A stretch of DNA of 5,036 nucleotides from a virus (taxonomy: Duplodnaviria; Heunggongvirae; Uroviricota; Caudoviricetes): the IMG/VR virus record IMGVR_UViG_2698536676_000008, positions 1 through 5,036 of that record; one strand, written 5' to 3'. A program made the translations under genes and the position numbers. How positions within the stretch are numbered: position 1 is the first letter of the stretch; every line of letters begins with the position of its first letter. The notes under the pieces were generated by a model, which was not told where the DNA came from, did no database searches, and saw only the letters and a program-made list of their open reading frames with translations. Below are positions 1 to 5,036 of the stretch, piece after piece.

Positions 1-702
1 ATCAGCCAGGCTATGGCGGGAGCTGCGCCAGTAGTTACCTCTGGAAAACGAACTATCACGGCACCAAGTGATGTGCAGATTTATGACAACGGCTACAAGG
101 TGGTTACAGGTGAGGATAAGAGCTTCTTTGGTTCGCTATTTGATTCCACGGTGTCAGGGCTTAAACAGACAGGAACCGCAGTAATTCCTGCCGTTGGCGA
201 TAACCTTTCACGACTTGTTGGGGGGATTGATAGTACAGGGATATTGAACGATCTTGTAATGCAGTCTACTGGGCAGAATAGTGCGATTGCGCGAGCTATT
301 AGCCCATTAACAAGAAATGTTGGAGACTGGCTGAATGGGGGGATTCAACAAACCGCTAATAGCATTAGGGGAATAGCAACTGGTGCCAATAACGCCATAT
401 TTGGCTCTGCTTCAGCTGTGCAAGAACCTTTTCTTGCTATGCCGCCACAACTCCCTACTGTAACCGATCTCGCACGAAGCGGAATAAGACAACCATTAAC
501 TACTGACACTATAAATAACGATCCTGCTATGTTGAAGGCGCTGGATAACATCTGCTCTATCCTGAACGATCTGCTGAATGTGAACAAGAACAATACAAAA
601 GGCGATCCGGATAATGTTGTCAAAACATCGCAGCCGCAGCCGCGACCACGTGCGAGCACAACTATTAATGACCAGTCGCTGGATGCTCTGCTTGAGGATT
701 AA
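1..702 (+). CDS. Phage tail/baseplate structural protein, C-terminal portion (5' end lies outside window); function unassigned
   Basis: Frame 1 is open from base 1 with no upstream stop, so the ATG at 13 is probably internal. Stop TAA at 700-702. Gly/Ala/Ser/Thr/Asn-rich low-complexity sequence with a Pro/Gln-rich C-terminal tail (QPQPRPR). Sits immediately upstream of, and co-oriented with, the gp25-like gene, the position a spike/hub or tape-measure-type gene occupies in myovirus tail operons. Function is inferred from position only. Confidence 0.55.
   Translation: MSQAMAGAAPVVTSGKRTITAPSDVQIYDNGYKVVTGEDKSFFGSLFDSTVSGLKQTGTAVIPAVGDNLSRLVGGIDSTGILNDLVMQSTGQNSAIARAISPLTRNVGDWLNGGIQQTANSIRGIATGANNAIFGSASAVQEPFLAMPPQLPTVTDLARSGIRQPLTTDTINNDPAMLKALDNICSILNDLLNVNKNNTKGDPDNVVKTSQPQPRPRASTTINDQSLDALLED
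694..698 (+). promoter_or_regulatory. Shine-Dalgarno-like GAGGA for the CDS starting at 708
   Basis: GAGGA ends 9 nt upstream of ATG 708, inside the 3' end of the preceding CDS. Confidence 0.5.
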
Positions 703-707
703 TACTG

Positions 708-1082
708 ATGCTTTACGAAATAGACGCAAGACTTCAAACGAATGAGAGCGGTGTCATTATTGCAGAAGGAAGTACCGCAGCATGGATGGCCCGACTTGAC
801 GAGTGGCTACGAACCCCTGAAGGGAGTGTTTATGGTTTACCCTCTTGGGGGAGTCCAATGGAAGAATTTAAGCATGAACCATTCGGCTCTGAAACTTCGC
901 ACATAGTTGAAGTGGCTATTGAAGGGAGAATGATGAAAAAACTACGACAAGACTTGCCAGGTTTGGATGTGCAAGGGATTCGTTGCACATCAATTTCTGA
1001 AGATTCTTTATTAATTAGTTTTTATGCGAAAGGTGGGAGCATGGATATTGTTATGCAGAAATCAAGTGGGGTGGGCGCGTGA
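708..1082 (+). CDS. Baseplate wedge protein, gp25/GpW-like (124 aa)
   Basis: ATG at 708 with GAGGA 9 nt upstream. The segment LRTPEGSVYGLPSWGSP resembles the core of the gp25/GpW family (T4 gp25 TRKGSRPFDPEFG; P2 gpW LRTPVGSR...DYGS), recalled from memory. Small size and position directly before a large baseplate gene fit the conserved gp25-then-gp6 order. Stop TGA 1080-1082 overlaps the next start. Confidence 0.6.
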   Translation: MLYEIDARLQTNESGVIIAEGSTAAWMARLDEWLRTPEGSVYGLPSWGSPMEEFKHEPFGSETSHIVEVAIEGRMMKKLRQDLPGLDVQGIRCTSISEDSLLISFYAKGGSMDIVMQKSSGVGA

Positions 1083-2509
1083 CGATTACAGAATTACTGG
1101 ACAAATTTAACGCCAAGTTAAATGAAAATACATGGTGGTCACGATTTGTAAATAGTCAGTTTGTGCAGATGCACGCTATATTCGGATCGCAGCTTATTTA
1201 TATTGCCCGTACATTTGCAAGTCGCGGCCTCACTGAGGGACTTATTTCAACGGCAACGCGCCGCTCAAGTATTTTAGCGGTTGCTGAAGACCGTAGCTAC
1301 GTAGGGCGATTTGTTAGTGCTTCATACGGAACAACGTCTATAACAAATAAAACTGATCGGGATATTACGTTACCAGCCGGGGCTGAATTGCTTGCCAATG
1401 ACCAAACACCTTTGGCAATTATTAACAGTGTTGTAATTCCTGCTGGAGGAACTGTTTCTGGCGTAGAAACTAAACAGCATGAAGCTGTTAGCATTACGTT
1501 TGATATTGAGAAGGAAACTTTATTTCTGACATTGTTGCTTTCCAGAGAGTTAACAAAAGAAGTCTCTAGCCTGGATGTTTATGTTATTACAGATGGAGTA
1601 GAAGAAAAATGGACATATAACCCATTATTTAGAATGTCCAGAGACAAGAGTAAGCACTATTCATTGGCATATAAACCTACAGAACAACTTGGAGTCAAGT
1701 TTGGTGATGGTTCTATGGGTATGATGCCTCCAGCAGGCTGTCAGGTTCGAATCGATGTTATGGCTAGCCTTGGCGACTATACTTTGGCTGAAGGACAAAA
1801 GTTAGAACCGGCTGGAAATATCGCTCAATATGTGGAGTCACTAGAGTTTAAAACTGATTCGATCATTACCGGTGGTAGTGGTATGGAAACTACAGAAGAA
1901 ACTCGAAATCGTGCTCAGTATTATGTTGCATACGATGAACAAGTGGTATGGGGCGGTGATTATCGCCAATTCATTCAGAATGTTGTTCATGGAACTTCAT
2001 GGTTGAACGTTTGGGGCGAAGCGTTACAAGAGAAAATAACTGGGTTTGACGTTCGAAACATCAACAAAATTTTCTTTTGCGGACATAAGCCGGGTGTAAG
2101 CCAGTCTCAGCTAAAATCAGAAATACTGAAAGCTCTAGAGAATGTTCCAAATGAGTTGAACAAGCGGTTCGAGTATGTAGATACAAATGAACAGCCATTT
2201 ACTATAAATTTTATAGGTATTGCACGTAAAAATGTTCTGATAGACGATGCTCAAAATGCTATTAAAGCAGCGTTGGAAGATAATTTTGGCCGTGATTCGT
2301 CATCATTCAGTTTATTACTACAGAGTGATGATGATTCCCAGCAATGTTATGCACAGGTAAAAGTTAAGGATATTTGGCGAGTAATAGAGTCTCTGGATAT
2401 GTTTCTGTCTTACGACATAACAATACAAAATATGAAAGATGCTGTTTACTTTAATGACTTCATTTATCTTAACGTAAAATCTTCAACGTTCAGCATTTCT
2501 TACCCGTAA
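1079..2509 (+). CDS. Baseplate protein, gp6/GpJ-like (Baseplate_J-type), 476 aa
   Basis: First start codon after the in-frame stop at 1013-1015 is GTG 1079, overlapping the upstream TGA (GTGA); a purine-rich GGGGTGGG lies just upstream. The first in-frame ATG is 30 codons further in, so the exact start is uncertain. Long uninterrupted ORF following a gp25-like gene; the segment AYKPTEQLGVKFGDGSMGMMPPAGCQV is reminiscent of the Gly/Pro-rich core of baseplate J proteins (from memory, unverified). Stop TAA 2507-2509. Confidence 0.65.
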   Translation: MTITELLDKFNAKLNENTWWSRFVNSQFVQMHAIFGSQLIYIARTFASRGLTEGLISTATRRSSILAVAEDRSYVGRFVSASYGTTSITNKTDRDITLPAGAELLANDQTPLAIINSVVIPAGGTVSGVETKQHEAVSITFDIEKETLFLTLLLSRELTKEVSSLDVYVITDGVEEKWTYNPLFRMSRDKSKHYSLAYKPTEQLGVKFGDGSMGMMPPAGCQVRIDVMASLGDYTLAEGQKLEPAGNIAQYVESLEFKTDSIITGGSGMETTEETRNRAQYYVAYDEQVVWGGDYRQFIQNVVHGTSWLNVWGEALQEKITGFDVRNINKIFFCGHKPGVSQSQLKSEILKALENVPNELNKRFEYVDTNEQPFTINFIGIARKNVLIDDAQNAIKAALEDNFGRDSSSFSLLLQSDDDSQQCYAQVKVKDIWRVIESLDMFLSYDITIQNMKDAVYFNDFIYLNVKSSTFSISYP

Positions 2510-2510
2510 T

Positions 2511-2514
2511 GAGG
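2511..2514 (+). promoter_or_regulatory. Shine-Dalgarno-like GAGG for the CDS starting at 2520
   Basis: GAGG ends 5 nt upstream of ATG 2520, in the 10-nt spacer after the TAA at 2507-2509. Confidence 0.5.
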
Positions 2515-2519
2515 TTAGC

Positions 2520-3365
2520 ATGAAAGATAATTGGCTTAAGGAACGATTAACTAAAGTAAAACAGGATTCACATCTCTGGAGTGCATTTATAGACGCTTTA
2601 CAGGATGTCTGGAATGAGGCAGTAGAACCAATATTAACAAGAATAAGTAACAGAAAATCCTTCTTCACTATGGACAGTGAGGATATGGATGCCCGCATTG
2701 CTGAATACGGGCGTTTTTTCGTTATCACTGAAAAAGATAATGCCCGTAGGCCAATGCTTCTGGCGCAGCGTTTAGATGAAGTGCACTTTAAAGGTACTAT
2801 CTTGCCTATTGAGCAGACATTCTGGCGTGAATTCGGTTGTATTCCTGTTAGTTGGGAACCGCTGTATGCACCTGTAAATATAGAAAAACACCCCTATGGT
2901 TCATATTTTGCGACCGAAATAGAAATACCTACGGCACAGGCTCAATTCGGTGAGCTCTTCCTGACATCAAGGGGGCTGGTCGTTGTTGATCAGAACAAGC
3001 TATATCGCTCATATGGAGAGCAGGATAAAGAAGCCGCTGTGCAGAAATTGTTATCTGACTTCGAAACAGTAATAGCCCCTTTGTTGCCATTGCATATTGT
3101 TTTTGATGGCGTCTCGTTTCGGCTTAGTGCTGTATTCCCTGAAGTGGCAGAAATATTAAATTACCTGTCTACGGATGTTTCGGTAATTGAAGGTGTTTAT
3201 GTTACTGAGAGTATGGCTGATATGCTATCCCGTAGTGATACCTCCTGCCAGGCAGACAATATTTCTCTTAATGCCATACCGAACCGAACGGCAGAAAAGC
3301 AATTACATCTTGATGTAACCCCACTCGATGCGTGGCCTTTGGATTACCACCTTCAATCTGTTTAA
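2520..3365 (+). CDS. Putative baseplate/tail protein (occupies the position of P2 gpI / Mu gp48-type wedge component); function not established
   Basis: ATG 2520 with GAGG 5 nt upstream. 281-aa ORF ending in tandem stops TAATAA (3363-3368). Co-oriented and closely spaced within the baseplate operon. No motif I can assign confidently; the call is from synteny. Confidence 0.55.
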   Translation: MKDNWLKERLTKVKQDSHLWSAFIDALQDVWNEAVEPILTRISNRKSFFTMDSEDMDARIAEYGRFFVITEKDNARRPMLLAQRLDEVHFKGTILPIEQTFWREFGCIPVSWEPLYAPVNIEKHPYGSYFATEIEIPTAQAQFGELFLTSRGLVVVDQNKLYRSYGEQDKEAAVQKLLSDFETVIAPLLPLHIVFDGVSFRLSAVFPEVAEILNYLSTDVSVIEGVYVTESMADMLSRSDTSCQADNISLNAIPNRTAEKQLHLDVTPLDAWPLDYHLQSV

Positions 3366-3368
3366 TAA

Positions 3369-3394
3369 TTCTTCCCCCGCATTTGGGGGAAGAA
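3369..3394 (+). promoter_or_regulatory. Perfect inverted repeat / RNA stem-loop (10-bp stem TTCTTCCCCC / GGGGGAAGAA, 6-nt loop GCATTT)
   Basis: Read directly from the sequence. Starts immediately after the tandem stop codons of the upstream CDS, inside the only long (94-nt) intergenic spacer of the operon. No U-tract follows on either strand, so it is not a canonical intrinsic terminator. Confidence 0.4.
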
Positions 3395-3442
3395 CAACGG
3401 AAATCACAAACTGAGCATACTCTCCTTTGGTTCATTGCTTAT

Positions 3443-3449
3443 GAAGGGG
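3443..3449 (+). promoter_or_regulatory. Shine-Dalgarno-like GAAGGGG for the CDS starting at 3460
   Basis: Purine-rich GAAGGGG ends 10 nt upstream of ATG 3460. Confidence 0.45.
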
Positions 3450-3459
3450 CTATGTTCGT

Positions 3460-3906
3460 ATGGCTGAAAATTTAAAGGCAAGAGATGGTAACCGCCTGTA
3501 TAAGGCGCAATTACTTTCCTACTATTATTCACGCCGCGCAGAGTCGGCGATCGGCAAAGGTGCGCGTTTTGTTATCTCTAAGGCGTATTGGTGCAAATCT
3601 AGTCTGGTAACTGCTAATGGTGCAGGAGGCTGGAATATAGCGGACATTCCGCTCGATTTTAAATTGAGTGGCGCTCAACAGTTTGCTGTGTCCGATCTGA
3701 TATTGTCCAGCGTGGATGGGATTATCACGATCAATGCAGCCTTCCCTCAAGAAAGAATGCCGGATAACACGCCTTACGACTTTAACACGCTTGTGCTTGT
3801 TGATGCTGAGGAACAGGCTTTTGGTGTGCTTTGCACCCAGCAAGATACCCTCTATAAAGGTAAACGTTACAGTATTCTCATGACAATCGAGCAAGTTGAG
3901 GGTTGA
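3460..3906 (+). CDS. Hypothetical protein, probably tail fibre-associated (148 aa)
   Basis: ATG 3460 preceded by GAAGGGG. Stop TGA 3904-3906 lies 2 nt before the fibre ATG, suggesting translational coupling. Position immediately upstream of the fibre gene matches the small R-type genes that precede S in Mu/P1-like fibre operons (from memory). No recognisable motif. Confidence 0.55.
   Translation: MAENLKARDGNRLYKAQLLSYYYSRRAESAIGKGARFVISKAYWCKSSLVTANGAGGWNIADIPLDFKLSGAQQFAVSDLILSSVDGIITINAAFPQERMPDNTPYDFNTLVLVDAEEQAFGVLCTQQDTLYKGKRYSILMTIEQVEG
3898..3902 (+). promoter_or_regulatory. Shine-Dalgarno-like GAGGG for the tail fibre CDS
   Basis: GAGGG ends 6 nt upstream of ATG 3909, inside the 3' end of the preceding CDS. 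Confidence 0.55.
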
Positions 3907-3908
3907 TT

Positions 3909-5036
3909 ATGGGGGCTGATAAAACGAACAACATAATGACACTATCCTCTGGTGTCTCACAGTCGTTGCTTGCTGATGTTCAATATTTCGAACTCTATAG
4001 TAGTCTGGCTCTTAACAGAAAACTAAAAAATATTGTTTTGCCTGGCTTTTACTGTGGATTTGAACCGGTTCCCGGCACAGGGTTGAGTGTCCGCATAACT
4101 TCTGAAAACTCAGAAGGTAAAGGGGCTGCTTCAGTAGATGTAAATAATGTTCAGATATCCGTTCAGCAAATAGAAGATGTGACTGTCTCGGTAAAGGCAG
4201 GGGCTACCAACATTATTGTGCTGGAAGCCAATTTTGAACATGGTGTAAAAACGACACAGGTAGATAGCGCATCTTCTGTCAGTGCTGCAAGAATTTACGC
4301 GCGTACGGACAATACTATTGGGCAGAATCAAATTGAATTATGTCGAGTTATCGTGCCTAGCGGCGCAACGGCTGTGACTAAAGAAATGATTGTGCTTAAA
4401 TACCGGGTTAACCGGGCTGTTGGTGTCGAATTCTCTAATGAAATAAGCAGTACAGAAGAAAGAAAAGCGGCTACACCGAAAGCTGTCAAGGCTGCATATG
4501 ACCTGGCTAACGGGAAGTACACAGCCCAGGATGCAACCACGACACAAAAAGGGATAGTTCAGCTCAGTAGCGACACCAACAGCACTTCTGAAACATTAGC
4601 TGCAACTCCAAAAGCGGTTAAAGCTGCATACGATCTAGCAGCCGGAAAGGCACCATCCAATCATATACATCCCTGGAATCAGATCACTGGTGTGCCAACA
4701 GCTTCATTGACAGCGAAAGGCATCACTCAGCTCAGTAGTGCCACTAACAGCACGTCTGAAGTGCTGGCCGCTACACCGAAAGCTGTCAANNNNNNNNNNN
4801 NNNNNNNNNNNNNNNNNAAAGCTGTCAAGGCTGCATACGATCTGGCAAACGGAAAACAACCGGCAGATGCCACGCTCACTGCTCTGGCAGGACTTGCCAC
4901 TGCAGCAGATCGGTTGCCTTATTTTACCGGAGCAGACCGCGCAGCGCTGACAACCCTTACAGCTATTGGTCGCGCTATTATCGCTAAGGGCAGTATAAAA
5001 GATGTCCTCAATTACCTTGGTTTAGGAGAAGGCTCG
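3909..5036 (+). CDS. Tail fibre protein, N-terminal constant portion (P2 gpH / lambda Stf / Mu-P1 S family); 3' end lies outside window
   Basis: ATG 3909 with GAGGG 6 nt upstream. This frame was not in the supplied ORF track because it has no stop in the window. My own translation is open from 3909 to 5036 and stays in frame across the N run. It contains three copies of AATPKAVKAAYDLA(N/A)GK, two copies of KGI(V/T)QLSS(D/A)TNSTSE(T/V)L, and then GKQPADATLTALAGLATAADRLPYFTGADRAALTTLTAIGRAIIAKGSIKDVLNYLGLGEGS, which closely matches the collar segment I recall from P2 gpH and lambda Stf. Confidence 0.9.
   Translation, partial: MGADKTNNIMTLSSGVSQSLLADVQYFELYSSLALNRKLKNIVLPGFYCGFEPVPGTGLSVRITSENSEGKGAASVDVNNVQISVQQIEDVTVSVKAGATNIIVLEANFEHGVKTTQVDSASSVSAARIYARTDNTIGQNQIELCRVIVPSGATAVTKEMIVLKYRVNRAVGVEFSNEISSTEERKAATPKAVKAAYDLANGKYTAQDATTTQKGIVQLSSDTNSTSETLAATPKAVKAAYDLAAGKAPSNHIHPWNQITGVPTASLTAKGITQLSSATNSTSEVLAATPKAVXXXXXXXXXXKAVKAAYDLANGKQPADATLTALAGLATAADRLPYFTGADRAALTTLTAIGRAIIAKGSIKDVLNYLGLGEGS
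4467..4856 (+). repeat. Intragenic in-frame tandem repeats encoding the tail fibre collar motif
   Basis: AATPKAVKAAYDLA-GK is encoded at 4467-4517, 4599-4649 and 4767 onward across the gap to 4856. The longer unit with KGI-QLSS-TNSTSE-L is at 4545-4649 and 4713-4789+. The 11-mer AAAGCTGTCAA occurs at 4479-4489, 4779-4789 and 4818-4828. Confidence 0.85.
4790..4817. other. Run of 28 N (assembly/scaffold gap or masked bases) inside the tail fibre repeat region
   Basis: Direct observation. The gap is flanked on both sides by the identical 11-mer AAAGCTGTCAA, and the fibre frame is preserved across it (AAN plus 9 NNN codons, then AAA). Confidence 0.95.
5005..5030. other. Candidate Din-invertase crossover-like sequence (cix/gix/hix-type) at the end of the fibre constant region
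   Basis: TCCTCAATTACC-TT-GGTTTAGGAGAA. The right half matches the recalled half-site consensus GGTTTTNGATAA at 10 of 12 positions; the left half is weak (about 8 of 12). It encodes the conserved NYLGLGE motif. The resemblance could simply reflect coding conservation. Confidence 0.25.

Noticed and set aside
345-729. Antisense ORFs 345-659 (104 aa) and 496-729 (77 aa) from the six-frame track
   Set aside because: They lie wholly inside the well-supported + strand CDS 1-702, have low-complexity Cys/Arg-rich translations typical of shadow frames, and have no start context. Treated as chance ORFs.
1297-1494. Antisense ORF (65 aa) within the gp6/J-like gene
   Set aside because: Short and embedded in a long + strand CDS with no independent signal.
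2483-2728. Antisense ORF (81 aa) spanning the junction of the 476-aa and 281-aa genes
   Set aside because: It is opposite the operon orientation and overlaps two coupled + strand genes and their ribosome-binding site. No supporting features.
3369-3394. Hairpin as a canonical Rho-independent terminator
   Set aside because: No U-rich tract follows the stem on either strand, so only a generic stem-loop or regulatory call is supportable.
3395-3459. Sigma70-type promoter in the spacer upstream of the 148-aa gene
   Set aside because: Candidate hexamers (TTGCTT, TATGTT) have the wrong spacing, and late phage promoters are usually activator-dependent. Nothing convincing can be called from sequence alone.
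3441-3467. Mini-ORF ATGAAGGGGCTATGTTCGTATGGCTGA (8 codons) overlapping the start of the 148-aa gene
   Set aside because: It coincides with the ribosome-binding site and start region of the real gene and is too short to support as a leader peptide without other evidence.
3529-3894. Antisense ORF (121 aa) covering most of the 148-aa gene
   Set aside because: Mirror-frame ORF of a + strand gene that has a ribosome-binding site and is coupled to the fibre gene. Antisense-encoded proteins are rare, and nothing supports this one.
4131-4547. Three antisense ORFs (66-70 aa) inside the tail fibre gene
   Set aside because: They sit within the most confidently identified CDS of the window; their translations are hydrophobic and low-complexity with no context.
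4467-4856. Repeats as a CRISPR array or other non-coding repeat
   Set aside because: The units are in-frame protein repeats of 105 and 165 nt period with synonymous variation, inside an open reading frame. There are no short identical direct repeats with unique spacers.
4738-4950. The + strand ORF in the track whose translation contains a run of X
   Set aside because: It is in a different frame from the fibre gene; it appears open only because Ns cannot be stops. The real coding frame here is the fibre frame starting at 3909.
1-5036. A novel defence or other undescribed system encoded in this window
   Set aside because: Every ORF fits a co-oriented tail morphogenesis operon by position, and two or three fit by motif. 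There is no unexplained coding capacity, no enzymatic motif (nuclease, ATPase, kinase) that I can see, and no separate regulatory island.

Overview
The window is a tightly packed, single-orientation (+ strand) operon of six coding regions that reads as the distal part of a contractile-tail phage morphogenesis module (P1/Mu/P2-like myovirus, prophage or tailocin). In order: a 5'-truncated structural protein, a gp25/GpW-like baseplate wedge protein, a gp6/GpJ-like baseplate protein, two uncharacterised baseplate- or fibre-associated proteins, and the N-terminal constant part of a tail fibre that runs off the 3' edge. The fibre is the only product I recognise with confidence: it carries the conserved collar repeats (QLSS-TNSTSE-LAATPKAVKAAYD) and the ATLTALAGLATAADRLPYF...YLGLGE segment shared by P2 gpH, lambda Stf and Mu/P1 S fibres. 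Gene junctions are tight (5 nt, a 4-nt GTGA overlap, 10 nt, 2 nt), except one 94-nt spacer that carries a perfect 10-bp hairpin. A 28-N assembly gap sits inside the fibre repeat region but preserves the reading frame. I see no rRNA, tRNA, CRISPR array, transposase or defence-type genes. I do not find a novel system here; this looks like a conventional baseplate-fibre module. The points worth follow-up are the unresolved fibre repeat, a possible invertase crossover-like site at the window edge, the intergenic hairpin, and two small proteins of unknown function next to the fibre gene. All homology statements are from motif recall, not from a database search.
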